Assembly (NCBI RefSeq): GCF_001194135.2
Contig: NC_068985.1
Span: 113,077,446 to 113,141,445 of the forward strand
Direction of reading: 5' to 3'
From: Octopus bimaculoides
Taxonomy: Eukaryota
DNA length: 64,000 bases
Shown here: piece by piece, positions 26,578 to 39,319 of the stretch
Layout of the letters: each line of letters starts with the position of its first letter
Numbering within the stretch: the first letter of the stretch is position 1
Notes under the pieces: model-generated
What the model was told of the DNA's origin: nothing
Seen by the model: only the letters and a program-made list of their open reading frames with translations
Databases searched by the model: none
Translations under genes and position numbers: made by a program

Positions 26578-26812
26578 TCTTTACTCTTTTACTCTTTTAC
26601 TTGTTTCAGTCATTTGACTGTGGCCATGCTGGAGCACCGCCTTTAGTCGAGCAAATCGACCCCAAGACTTAATCTTTGTAAGCCTAGTCAGTACTCATTC
26701 TATCGGTGTCTTTTGCCGAACCGCTAAGTTACGGGAAGGTAGACACACCAGCGTCGGTTGTCAAGCGATGTTGGGGGGACAAACACAGACACACAAACAT
26801 ATACACATATAC

Positions 26813-26864
<52 letters not shown>

Positions 26865-26883
26865 GCATATATATATATATATA
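26578..26883 (-). mobile_element. SINE B 3' half with (TTTACTC)n tail
   Basis: ctcttttactcttttactcttttacttgtttcagtcatttgactgtggccatgctggagcaccgcc. Confidence 0.88.
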
Positions 26884-27793
26884 NNNNNNNNNNNNNNNNN
26901 NNNNNNNNNNNNNNNNNNNNNNNNNNNNNNNNNNNNNNNNNNNNNNNNNNNNNNNNNNNNNNNNNNNNNNNNNNNNNNNNNNNNNNNNNNNNNNNNNNNN
27001 NNNNNNNNNNNNNNNNNNNNNNNNNNNNNNNNNNNNNNNNNNNNNNNNNNNNNNNNNNNNNNNNNNNNNNNNNNNNNNNNNNNNNNNNNNNNNNNNNNNN
27101 NNNNNNNNNNNNNNNNNNNNNNNNNNNNNNNNNNNNNNNNNNNNNNNNNNNNNNNNNNNNNNNNNNNNNNNNNNNNNNNNNNNNNNNNNNNNNNNNNNNN
27201 NNNNNNNNNNNNNNNNNNNNNNNNNNNNNNNNNNNNNNNNNNNNNNNNNNNNNNNNNNNNNNNNNNNNNNNNNNNNNNNNNNNNNNNNNNNNNNNNNNNN
27301 NNNNNNNNNNNNNNNNNNNNNNNNNNNNNNNNNNNNNNNNNNNNNNNNNNNNNNNNNNNNNNNNNNNNNNNNNNNNNNNNNNNNNNNNNNNNNNNNNNNN
27401 NNNNNNNNNNNNNNNNNNNNNNNNNNNNNNNNNNNNNNNNNNNNNNNNNNNNNNNNNNNNNNNNNNNNNNNNNNNNNNNNNNNNNNNNNNNNNNNNNNNN
27501 NNNNNNNNNNNNNNNNNNNNNNNNNNNNNNNNNNNNNNNNNNNNNNNNNNNNNNNNNNNNNNNNNNNNNNNNNNNNNNNNNNNNNNNNNNCAGAGTTTTC
27601 ATTCTCCTAGATGGGCTACTCTTACCATGGCTAAGGAGCCCCATCTTCCCCATACATATATATAAATAGATAAAAAAGTAAAAATATATGAGATTTAAGA
27701 ATATATGATATATAAAAGCAATATATACATATGTACACACCTTTTTGTTGGATGACCGGTGACTACTAATGAGTTCCTCCGCCCTTTGACTTG

Positions 27794-27832
<39 letters not shown>

Positions 27833-27885
27833 GCATTGTGAAGCATTGCGAGCGCAGGAAGTGAGCCATGGATCGGAACAAGTAT

Positions 27886-28530
27886 TAATCGGAGGGAGAT
27901 ATTTTTTCGATAATTCTAACGTTCATTAGCAGTGGTTAAGCAAGGTCCAGCCTCCGGAACCGGTCTCCAAGCATGGGCGTTTCGAACACAAGGTAATGAT
28001 CTACGGCTGGTGGAATTATAAGAGGATAATTCACTACAAGTTCGTTCCGGACGGTCGAACCATCGATACCAACCTGTACTCTCCGAAAAGCTGGAGCGGA
28101 TGTATGCCATTGTGTAGCAAAAATACCCGGCATTGGTTAACAGAAAGCGAACTCTTCTGCAGCAAGACAACGCAAGACTTCATACAGCTCGAACGACTCA
28201 GGATTACGTCCAGGAACTTGAGGGAATCGAACTGGTGCCATACGCAGTATATAGTGCAAACCTATCCCCACAGGTAACTACTTGTTCCGCTCCATGGCTC
28301 ACTTCCTGCGCTTGCAATGCTTCGTTAACCAAGAGGAGGTGGAAGCTTCAATGAAAGAATTCTACGCCTCGAAGGACAAGAACTGGTATCAGGGGGGGGG
28401 TATCAAAGAAATAGCAGAAAGGTGGCTTCAGACGGTGCAACACGGAGGCCTCTATTTTTGTTGAAACTTGACGAATAAAGCCAATAAGTTATCAAAATAT
28501 TGCGAAACTTCTGACTCAACACAACAGTTA
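27886..28530 (+). mobile_element. Mariner transposase 3' half, decayed
   Basis: KVMIYGWWNYKRIIHY...LLQQDNARLHTARTT...YLFRSMAHFL...AERWLQTVQHGGLYF*. Confidence 0.88.
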
Positions 28531-28713
28531 ACTTTCTGCATGCCACACATATTTTGAATGATGTTCTCTGTGAATATCAATGTAATACACACATCTCTAG
28601 TTCTTGACCTTTATTTTGAAATGTGTGTGTGTGTGTGTGCGTGTGTGTGTGTGTAATTTTGTCTGTGTTTGCAATTCTACAACACATGCGCATGTCTATA
28701 CGTATACATGTGC

Positions 28714-28747
<34 letters not shown>

Positions 28748-30059
28748 ATGGTCATATAAACATATATAGATATCAACACATTTCAAATTTTAAAGGAGCA
28801 CACACGCACACACATACATACACACGCTTACACACATGAAGGTATATGCGTGTTGGCATATAAAGCTCCATACCTACATGAATATGTACGTGTATGATCA
28901 TATAGAACACATATCACTCCTCCATTTATATATATATATATATATNNNNNNNNNNNNNNNNNNNNNNNNNNNNNNNNNNNNNNNNNNNNNNNNNNNNNNN
29001 NNNNNNNNNNNNNNNNNNNNNNNNNNNNNNNNNNNNNNNNNNNNNNNNNNNNNNNNNNNNNNNNNNNNNNNNNNNNNNNNNNNNNNNNNNNNNNNNNNNN
29101 NNNNNNNNNNNNNNNNNNNNNNNNNNNNNNNNNNNNNNNNNNNNNNNNNNNNNNNNNNNNNNNNNNNNNNNNNNNNNNNNNNNNNNNNNNNNNNNNNNNN
29201 NNNNNNNNNNNNNNNNNNNNNNNNNNNNNNNNNNNNNNNNNNNNNNNNNNNNNNNNNNNNNNNNNNNNNNNNNNNNNNNNNNNNNNNNNNNNNNNNNNNN
29301 NNNNNNNNNNNNNNNNNNNNNNNNNNNNNNNNNNNNNNNNNNNNNNNNNNNNNNNNNNNNNNNNNNNNNNNNNNNNNNNNNNNNNNNNNNNNNNNNNNNN
29401 NNNNNNNNNNNNNNNNNNNNNNNNNNNNNNNNNNNNNNNNNNNNNNNNNNNNNNNNNNNNNNNNNNNNNNNNNNNNNNNNNNNNNNNNNNNNNNNNNNNN
29501 NNNNNNNNNNNNNNNNNNNNNNNNNNNNNNNNNNNNNNNNNNNNNNNNNNNNNNNNNNNNNNNNNNNNNNNNNNNNNNNNNNNNNNNNNNNNNNNNNNNN
29601 NNNNNNNNNNNNNNNNNNNNNNNNNNNNNGAAGTGAGATGTCACTACTGTTCATATCATCTGTGGATAAATTCAAAATCTGATGATATCACCAGTAGTAG
29701 CATTGGTGGAGCGCAGTTATGATAGCTTTAAGGAGCTATGAAATATCGTAATGATGCTTAATGAGCATCTACCTGCTAGAAATAAGAGCCAAGTCTTAAG
29801 TAATCCACCGTAGCGCACCAATATAACAGAGAAAAACAGTATGCGAGGAAAACAGACCGAATTATATATATATATATATATCAGTATTTTCTCCCTACAG
29901 CTTTCCACATATTCGCTATATTTTTTCCCCCTGTTCCGTTGTTGCCATTAATTAGATTCTTCAAATAACAGATTCTTACCGTTTCCTTCTTCTCTACCTT
30001 CAGCCTCAGCCTCACCCTTTCCCCGTCCCCTCGCACTGTCACAACCACACAACGACTAT

Positions 30060-30188
30060 TTATTTATTTTCTGTTTGCCTTCTTTGTTTTCTGTGTTTAT
30101 TCTCTTCTTTTTTTTTGCTTTCTTTTTACTATATTTATTTATTTATTCATACATTTCTATCTTGCCTTTCTACATATCTCTTGCGTTT

Positions 30189-30263
<75 letters not shown>

Positions 30264-31255
30264 GTCTTTCACTCTCCCCCTTTTATTCTATCACTCTCTC
30301 TCTTCTTTTCCCTCTTTGTCTCTCTCTCTTTCCCTTTCTACCTCTGCCTCTTTCTGCTACTCTCTTTCTTCTTTCTAGATTTCTCTTTTTCTCACGCTGT
30401 CTCTCTCTATTTCATACTCTTCCACGCTGTCTCTCACTCTCTCTTACTGTCTCGTTCTTTACCTCTCTACCTCTCTGTCTTTTCCTCTCTCTCTCTCTAC
30501 TTCTCTCTCTTTCTCTCTGTCACACTCTTCCCTCTCTCACCTCATATTCGCTGTCACTCTCTACATCTTCGATGTCTCTCTCTCTTTCCCCCCTCTCTCT
30601 CTCTCCCACCCTCTCACTATCTCTGTTTCTGTCTCTCTCTTTCCCTCTCTCTCTTTCTCTCCCTCTGTCTCCTCTCTCTGTAATTGTGTCTTTTTTTCTC
30701 TTTCTTTTGCTTCAGCAATGTGATAATATGATTTCTTCTTCTTCTTCTTCTTCTTCTTCTTCTTCTTCTTCTTCTTCTTCTTCTTCTTCTTTTTCTTTTT
30801 CTTCTTCTTCTTCTTCTTCTTCTTCTTCTTCTTCTTCTTCTTCTTCCTCCTCCTCCTCCTTCTTCTCTTCCTCCTCCTCCTTCTTCCTTTCTTCCTTCCT
30901 TCCTTCCTTCCTCCACCTCCTTCTCCTCTACCTTCCAGCTCTTCCCTCTTTTACCATTTTCCCTCTATTTCGTTTAATAAGTTCTTCCTATTCCCCCGCA
31001 ACTCCTTTTTTTTATTGCATTTTGTTTTTCGTCTTTTTGTCTTCTCTTTTAGATTTGCTTTGATCCTTTTATGCCTCCTTTTCTCTCTCTCCCCTGTCTC
31101 AGTCAACCTGTCTGTCTGTCCGTCTGTCCATCTGCCCCCCCTTCTCTCCCCCCTTCTCTCCCCTCCTTCTCCCCCTCTCTCTCTTCTTCCCTCACTCCCT
31201 CTTTCTATCTGTAACAAGCTCGACCTTCTATCAGTCAACGCTCCTATTTTCCTAT

Positions 31256-31294
<39 letters not shown>

Positions 31295-31340
31295 TTCTCT
31301 CTTACTCAAGCTCTCTCTCTATCTCTCTCTCTCCCTCTCT
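30060..31340. repeat. Long polypyrimidine (CT/TTC/TCC) low-complexity tract
   Basis: Directly visible; source of several spurious Ser/Leu-rich ORFs. Confidence 0.9.
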
Positions 31341-31699
31341 CTCCATTTTCACCAATCTCTTCCATCTTACCAACCAACGCACAAATCCCGCTAGCCATCT
31401 CGCCAGCCAATATGTCAGTTCTACTCTATAACAGTTGTTTCACATAAATACTAGATAAAAAAAAAGAAGCAAAAACAACACGTACAGCCTATAGCTTCTC
31501 TATCGATTGATTTCTCTCAATGAAGGCTCATGCAATCAGGTGAACTTTTAACCAACATTTGTACCATCCTTTGGCTCTAGTACCGCATAACATTCTCTAC
31601 ATTTACTGTCTCAGAATACTCTCATCTTTTTTACTACCAAATTTGTTTCCCCTCCGCGCAAAAATACTCCTATACCAACTTCACAGTCCTTTTATAAAA

Positions 31700-31850
31700 G
31701 TGGTGAGTAGGCTGCGAGCTTGCAGAATCGTTAGCACGCTGGACGAAATGCTTAGTAGTATTTCGTCTGCCGCTACATTCTGAGTTCAAATTCCGCCGAG
31801 GTCGACGTTGCTTTTCATCCTTTCGGGATCGAATAAATAAGTACCAGATA
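31700..31850 (+). mobile_element. SINE A, 3'-truncated
   Basis: gcgagcttgcagaatcgttagcacgctggacgaaatgc...ttcaaattccgccgaggtcgac...taagtaccag. Confidence 0.85.
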
Positions 31851-32242
31851 CGCACAAGAAGGAGTACGGCTGGACATTTATTTTTTAATCGCTACAATTG
31901 TTTATACGCAACGTAGTTCTCCAGAGGCGCAGGTACTTGATTGTGCAACCGCTTCCCTGCATTGTGTGATCTAGTTCTGCTTCCTCACGCGATTGTCTCC
32001 GTAAGTTCAAATTCTCGGCTTCAAGAACATCCTTTCTGTCTGACGTATCTTGAATTTAGTAGTAGTCACTGAGTTTATCAAGACGTGTTGTTACTGAAGG
32101 ACCGTTGACAAACTGCTTTGAATGTGAAAATGTAGTGGGATAGTGGTTCTGCTGCGGTTAAAGTGGTTGCCGTTTTAAAGGGATTGGCATTTGACTTCTG
32201 CTCAAGAACCAATGCATGAAAAAAAAATCATATACAAATGCA

Positions 32243-32670
32243 CAGGAGTGGCTGTGTGGTAAGTAGCTTGCTTACCAACCACATGGTTCTGGGTTCATTC
32301 CCACTGCGTGGCATCTTGAGCAAGTGTCTTCTACTATAGTCTCGGGACGAGCAAAACCTTGTGAGTGGATTTGGTAGACGGAAAACTGAAAGAAGCCCGT
32401 CGTATATATGTATATGTATATGTGTATGTATATGTTTGTGTGTGTGTGTTTGTCCCCCGCCCCCCAACATCGCTTGACAACCGATGCTGGTGTGTTTACG
32501 TCCCCGTAACCTAGCGGTTCGGCAAAAGACACCGATAGAGTGTCTAAGCTCTATCGGTGTCTAAAGTACTAAGCTTCCAAAGATTAAGTCCTGGAGTCGA
32601 TTTGCTCGACTAAAGGCGGTGCTCCAGCATGGCCACAGTCAAATGACTGAAACAAGTAAAAGGGTAAAAG
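32243..32670 (+). mobile_element. SINE B, essentially full length (tRNA-like head, CORE-like segment, internal microsatellite, 3' module)
   Basis: caggagtggctgtgtggtaagtagc...gggttcattccc...tggcatcttgagcaagtgtcttctactatag...(TATG)/(TG)n...gtcaaatgactgaaacaagtaaaag. Confidence 0.9.
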
Positions 32671-32699
32671 AGAGAGAGAGTATCACCACACCACAACAT

Positions 32700-33005
32700 A
32701 AATACACATTCACAGGAGCCTCCCAAATTCAATTGAAGGTCTGTTATCGCAATTATATCTCCTCATTCCGAAAGATAAGCCGGCGACATGCAACATCACT
32801 AGCGGACCTAATATGCGGATTAAAAGAACGAAGAATAAAATAGAATGGTCAATAACAAAAAAAATGCACACTCATATAATACACCATCCCGTGTATGTGA
32901 CCCGTGCCTTGAGGAAACCTTGTGTATCCTGTTAAGTAACGAAAAATTGGTAAGCAAGCATGCTGAGAAAAATACCAAGATGTTGCGACCGCGCCTGATA
33001 TGCAT
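32700..33005 (+). mobile_element. Penelope-like element, GIY-YIG endonuclease C-terminal remnant
   Basis: FTGASQIQLKVCYRNYISSFR...ATSLADLICGLKERRIK / IEWSI / AHSYNTPSRVCDPCLEE matches the PLE pattern YIG...F.R...T.L...W.LK...I.W.I...C.LC..E. Confidence 0.7.
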
Positions 33006-33302
33006 TTCAAGATTCAATACAGTGAAATAGTAATCATAATTCAGTCAACTCTCTGCCTCTCCCCTTACCCCTCTATCCATGTGTGCGTGTGTCGGGTTGT
33101 ATTTCTTAATATACGTATGCATGTCTATCCGCGTGTTTAGCATGCATGAATGTACGTATCTACATAAGTATGTGTGTGTGTTTACACACACGAGCATCTG
33201 TGTATGTATATGCGTGCGTGTGTATGCATGTACATATATTTGTATATGTGTAATGTATGTGAGTGCGCGTACATATCCATATATGTGCACGCGCGTGTAT
33301 AT

Positions 33303-33365
<63 letters not shown>

Positions 33366-34284
33366 NNNNNNNNNNNNNNNNNNNNNNNNNNNNNNNNNNN
33401 NNNNNNNNNNNNNNNNNNNNNNNNNNNNNNNNNNNNNNNNNNNNNNNNNNNNNNNNNNNNNNNNNNNNNNNNNNNNNNNNNNNNNNNNNNNNNNNNNNNN
33501 NNNNNNNNNNNNNNNNNNNNNNNNNNNNNNNNNNNNNNNNNNNNNNNNNNNNNNNNNNNNNNNNNNNNNNNNNNNNNNNNNNNNNNNNNNNNNNNNNNNN
33601 NNNNNNNNNNNNNNNNNNNNNNNNNNNNNNNNNNNNNNNNNNNNNNNNNNNNNNNNNNNNNNNNNNNNNNNNNNNNNNNNNNNNNNNNNNNNNNNNNNNN
33701 NNNNNNNNNNNNNNNNNNNNNNNNNNNNNNNNNNNNNNNNNNNNNNNNNNNNNNNNNNNNNNNNNNNNNNNNNNNNNNNNNNNNNNNNNNNNNNNNNNNN
33801 NNNNNNNNNNNNNNNNNNNNNNNNNNNNNNNNNNNNNNNNNNNNNNNNNNNNNNNNNNNNNNNNNNNNNNNNNNNNNNNNNNNNNNNNNNNNNNNNNNNN
33901 NNNNNNNNNNNNNNNNNNNNNNNNNNNNNNNNNNNNNNNNNNNNNNNNNNNNNNNNNNNNNNNNNNNNNNNNNNNNNNNNNNNNNNNNNNNNNNNNNNNN
34001 NNNNNNNNNNNNNNNNNNNNNNNNNNNNNNNNNNNNNNNNNNNNNNNNNNNNNNNNNNNNNNNNNNNNNNNNNNNNNNNNNNNNNNNNNNNNNNNNNNNN
34101 NNNNNNNNNNNNNNNNNNNNNNNNNNNNNNNNNNNNNNNNNNNNNNNNNNNNNNNNNNNNNNNNNNNNNNNNNNNNNNNNNNNNNNNNNNNNNNNNNNNN
34201 NNNNNNNNNNNNNNNNNNNNNNNNNNNNNNNNNNNNNNNNNNNNNNNNNNNNNNNNNNNNNNNNNNNNNNNNNNNNNNNNNNNA

Positions 34285-34382
34285 TAAGTGAGTATATGCA
34301 TATATACGTACAGGTGTGCGCATACCTACGTCTACCTGTATATATAGGTGCTTATCTGGGTACAGGACATTGCAAACAAAAC
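34285..34382 (-). repeat. About 98-bp unclassified dispersed repeat (copy 2)
   Basis: Inverted homologue of 6244-6341. Confidence 0.8.
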
Positions 34383-34571
34383 TTAGAGAAAAAAATGATA
34401 ATAACCAGAGTACAGAACACACACAGGCCACATAGAGAACATTTTCCTTCATCAGCTACCCCCATTCTAACACAGACGTTTCGAAGAGTAGGGCAGGACG
34501 CATCGTTAAAATGGCTCTTCCCACGGACCACAAATTAAATTTATATTCACAAATTAAACTTGTACCATGGA

Positions 34572-34697
34572 CAGAAAACAAGACAGGAAAACAAACGGAA
34601 AACAAGACAGGAAAAACAAGACAGGAAAACAAACAGGAAAACAAGACAGGAAAACAAACGGAAAAGAAAACAAGACAGGAAAACAAACGGAAAAGGC
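34572..34697. repeat. Minisatellite of aaaacaagacagg and aaaacaaacgg units
   Basis: Directly visible alternation of 13- and 11-bp units. Confidence 0.9.
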
Positions 34698-35338
34698 TAT
34701 ACGGCCAGACGTAAAAAATTATGTGTATGTCGAACGCTGTGAAGCAACGAACTGGAAGCGGGTGTGTGTGTGCGTATGTGTATGTGTATGTGTCCGAGCG
34801 TTTGTACGTATATGGATGCATATGTGAACCATAATTGTATGTGTACGTATAGGCCGAATTTTAAAGGGCAGTTAAGGACAATCGCATGTGTAACCGACCA
34901 TGTAGAACAAATCAAGAGTACAACCACAGCACAACCACACTTAACAGTAGCAGAATCACCTGTTGACTCTAATCTTTTCAATCTTTCCCCCTTTCCTTTC
35001 TCTCACCCTCTCACTCTTATTCTAGCCGTTCTACTTACTCCTTTTCTCTCTCTCTCTCGCTCTCAAACTCTCTCTCCTTTGCTGTCTTCCTCCTCTACCT
35101 GCTGCTGTCACCTGAACCGTGGCCATTTCGCCTTTTACTTCCTTTCTTACNNNNNNNNNNNNNNNNNNNNNNNNNNNNNNNNNNNNNNNNNNNNNNNNNN
35201 NNNNNNNNNNNNNNNNNNNNNNNNNNNNNNNNNNNNNNNNNNNNNNNNNNNNNNNNNNNNNNNNNNNNNNNNNNNNNNNNNNNNNNNNNNNNNNNNNNNN
35301 NNNNNNNNNNNNNNNNNNNNNNNNNNNNNNNNNNNNNN

Positions 35339-35378
<40 letters not shown>

Positions 35379-35861
35379 CTCAAACTCTCTCTCCTTTGCT
35401 GTCTTCCTCCTCTACCTGCTGCTGTCACCTGAACCGTGGCCATTTCGCCTTTTACTTCCTTTCTTACGCTGGTCCCGTAGCTGACCAGTCGCAAATTCTC
35501 CGCCTCTCCGTTCTCCATCCTTCCAGACATTTTCTAAGCGTTACCCGCTATTCTCGTCTCCTTGGCCCCATGCCGTATTTTGTTCGACTTGCTCATCCTT
35601 GTCATCCGTCCTTAATCACACTCTGTATCGTTCTGCTTGTTTTGTTTTGTTTTGTTTGCTCTCGTCCCTAATTCACCGAAAGAAAACTTTTTGCAGGCAC
35701 CGCAAATTGGAAAGTACTCAGGCTTATCATTAAAAGTGTAAAACCAAATATTACCGATTGGTTGGTAACTGATGAAGAATTACGGATCTTCTGTTTGTCC
35801 CCCCCCCCACACCTTCATTTTTACATTCAGTATACACTATGTCGTTTATTTNNNNNNNNNN

Positions 35862-35925
<64 letters not shown>

Positions 35926-36070
35926 TGTGTGTAAGCAAAATAGCTAGTCGTAAAATCTCATGAAGAGATCGGAGTAGTGGCTGTTCTATGTTACTCCTAG
36001 TTTAACCCCAGGCAAATTTCCGCCAGCTTGTTATCGGTGCGACGCTGCACCAATTATATACAATATATAT

Positions 36071-36166
36071 CTTCCCAGATCGTCATAAATACACCTTCCC
36101 AGATCGTCATAAACACACCTTCCCAGATCGTCATAAACACACCTTCCCAGATCGTCATAAGCACAT
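36071..36166. repeat. 24-bp tandem repeat, 4 copies (cttcccagatcgtcataaacacac)
   Basis: Four adjacent units without spacers. Confidence 0.95.
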
Positions 36167-36557
36167 TGGTGCACGAGGAGCAGGCGGAGCGAACCTCTAC
36201 CATCTTCTAGCAGAAACAGGATCGTGGGACTGACACAGATTCGAGCTGCTTGGATCATCCTCAGTCGTGAGTACCTGGCCGTCAGAGCGATAGCCAGGGT
36301 TCGCTCCCGTCAGCAATGTGTTGTAAATAAAGCGACCAAGGGCCACTGATTTGCAATAAGCAAAAGCAAAATAGCTAGTCGTAAAATCTCAAGAAGAAAT
36401 CAGATTAGTAACTATAAGTGGCTGTTCCATGTTACTACTATTTTAACCCTAGGTAGACTGTCCGACAGCTGGCTATCGACGCGACGCTGCGCCTGACTTT
36501 GTAGTAAGAAGTTTGCTTCCTAAACACATGGCACTTTGGATAAGTGTCTTTTACCAT

Positions 36558-36665
36558 AGCCTCAGGCTAACCAAAGCCTCAGGCTAACCAAAGCCTCAGG
36601 CTAACCAAAACCTCAGGCTAACCAAAGCCTCAGGCTAACCAAAGCCTCAGGCTAACCAAAGCCTC
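36558..36665. repeat. 17-bp tandem repeat, 6 copies (agcctcaggctaaccaa), inside a SINE B
   Basis: The unit corresponds to the SINE B segment agcctcgggccgaccaa. Confidence 0.92.
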
Positions 36666-37196
36666 GTGCTTGTGCTTGTGGAGTGGAAGCAAACTTCTTA
36701 CCACACAGCCACGCCTTCACCTAATAGATTTTTACGTAACTCAGCCGTTCGTCAAAAGACAGAGTATAAGTACCAGGCTTTAAAAATAAGTATTGGGGTC
36801 GATTCCCACGACTAAAATTTCTGCAAGGTGGTGTTCCAGAATAACTGCAATATAATGAATGAAACAAGTAAAAGATAAAAGATGGCCTAGTGGTTAGGCT
36901 GTTGCACTCACGGCCGCGAGATCGTAATTTCAGTTCTTAGACCGGGGATGCGTTGTGTTCTTGAGCAAAATACTTAATCTCACGTTGCTTTGCAATCACT
37001 TCGACACGTGACGCGTGATGCATATTGCGCCTAGACAGGCAACGTCGATTTGGTGGAGTGAGTGAGCTGATGTTCGGCACATTCATTTGATCACCATAAG
37101 CAAAATCATTTGTGCAAGTCGTTCGGCAAAGACTGCACACTCAAACATCGTCTCCGATAGGGGAGTCTATCATTATATATCATATATTTATATTGC

Positions 37197-37277
37197 GGAG
37201 GCGCAGGAGTGGCTGCATTGTAAGTAGCTTGCTTACCAACCACATCGTTCTGGGTTCAGTCCCACTGCAGCCCGTCG

Positions 37278-37364
<87 letters not shown>

Positions 37365-37575
37365 TTGTGTGTCTGTGTTTGTCCCCCAACATCGCTTGAT
37401 AACCGATGCTGGTGTGTTTACGTCCCCGTAACTTAGCGGTTCGGCAAAAGAGACAGATAGAATAAGTACTAGGCTTACAAAGAATAAGTTCTGGGGTCGA
37501 TTTACTCGACTAAAGGCGGTGTTCCAGCATGGCCACAGTCAAATGACTGAAATAAGTAAAAGAGTAAAGAGAGTA
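37197..37575 (+). mobile_element. SINE B with internal deletion and (TA)n(TG)n
   Basis: ggaggcgcaggagtggctgcattgtaagtagc...gtcaaatgactgaaataagtaaaagagtaaagag. Confidence 0.88.
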
Positions 37576-37599
37576 TTGCAATTTGTATATCCTGTTTAA

Positions 37600-37810
37600 C
37601 GCCAATGAACTGAAAGAATGGCATGATACTACGGTATTCGTCTGAAGAAGGTGTCTCGTATACGCATATAGTGCTAAAAGGCACATAGGCATCAGTAATA
37701 GATGAAAAGCGAGCAATAACAGTGTTGGAACTGCTAGATCACGTGGTTCCCACAAGATATCAGCAGGAGATATCCACCATTAGCAATTGCTTGCCCAAAC
37801 CTCGCCTCTA
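37600..37810 (+). mobile_element. Highly decayed mariner N-terminal fragment
   Basis: gatcacgtggttcccacaagatatcagcaggagatatccaccattagcaattgc resembles the SRWVPHKL...R..IA motif. Confidence 0.4.
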
Positions 37811-38577
37811 CTGATATCGAAAAACAGTGACTAAACAATCTCTAGTATTGAAAATAGCTGGCGGGATGCGTAAAAATTATATATTAACGATGTAAGAAGT
37901 ATTAGTGCCAAATAATAATACAGTGGTGGGTATATATATATTTTTTGCTGCTGATGCGTCTGTGCTTTTCAGCATCCTATGTCTATTCGCGATGTTTTCT
38001 TTGGACGATCACCGCTGTATTATGACGTTCTTACCATGTCACCACGTTAAGTAGGATATACAGACGGCTATTTGGTACTAATAATTCTTCTGTCGCTGAT
38101 AACTTATATATAACTGTAACACTGAAAAGAGATGTGAGATTCGTGTCTTAGATAATAAGCGTTTCGTTTACATGTTAGTAGTAAGCAACGGTTGAATACG
38201 TAGTTATACCATAGACTATGAATAGTGGAACCATATCCATTTGGATATAGGAGTCCGAGAGAACTACGCAGCAAAGAATCGTTTTTCATGATTGTGTATA
38301 TGTATGCGCCTATGTCAATATATACGCATATATGTATATGTGTTTGTGTGTGTGTGCATGCGCGCAAGCATGTATGCATGTATGTATGTACGTATGTATG
38401 TAATTGGCTTACATTCAGATTGCAATGATGTGTGAAGAACTAGGAATCGAATTAGAGAGAAATATTAAGTGATCAACTACAGCAGTCACGCCATTTCAAC
38501 TTTTGACATTTAAATGCCATGCTTCATCTTATCTCTTACTTCTGCATTTATAAGTCGTTCAAAGACTAAAACACACA

Positions 38578-38624
<47 letters not shown>

Positions 38625-39269
38625 TCTCCCCACTTTCTTTCTCAATCTCTCTGCCACACGAACGTATATGCGTTCTCACACATTTGAGCACACACATTTA
38701 TTCGTTCATTCATCGTACAACGTAGCAAGCAAGCAACCCCACAAAGTCTGTAACTCTCGTTTGATGCTATCTTACGCGTCTCTACAATCTAATGCTTGTA
38801 ATTAACGCATTTACAACTGATATTGCCGTATCTACTACTACCAGATGTCCAGCCTGTAGGCTCAGATTGTACCTTAGAAATTCTACACTAATATTATGAT
38901 ATCGATATCGATACTTTAAGAGTTTTAATGATCAACGTGTTCTCGAGCGATCATTTAAATTAGAAATAAAGGTGATAGATTTCGGATCAGAAGATCAAAG
39001 GTTGTTTAATTAGAAACGTTAATTAATATTCATTTATTATTGCGATAATCTGTTCATGGATTACCTGCTCATAGGAGGCAATTTGTATTAGTTAATACAA
39101 TAAATATTTGGTATTTCACTTTGTAACTATGTGATTTCGCGTTCAATCCCAGGGTTTAGCACCTTGAACAAACGTAGTCTATGAAAGCCCCGGCCCGACC
39201 AATTTGCTGCGAGTGAATTTATTAGACAACAACTGTGTGGAAGCCCGTCGTGTATATACATATATATGC

Positions 39270-39302
<33 letters not shown>

Positions 39303-39319
39303 CATACATACATATTCTT

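Noticed and set aside
30075-31431. Ser/Leu/Phe-rich and Arg/Glu-rich ORFs
   Set aside because: Translations of CT/TTC low-complexity sequence.
34446-34525. Hammerhead-like motifs on the minus strand (gaagag...ctcttc-GAAACGTC and a separate CTGATGA)
   Set aside because: The CUGANGA box is missing upstream of the stem, and the downstream CTGATGA lacks a valid stem I/II partner, so no intact ribozyme fold can be drawn.
35043-35468. Identical block of about 105 bp on both sides of the 35151-35338 gap
   Set aside because: Exact copies at facing contig ends, differing only in (CT)n length, indicate an unmerged overlap or allelic artefact rather than a real duplication.
36071-36166. 24-bp direct repeats resembling a CRISPR array
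   Set aside because: Units are contiguous with no spacers, there are no cas genes, and the context is eukaryotic.
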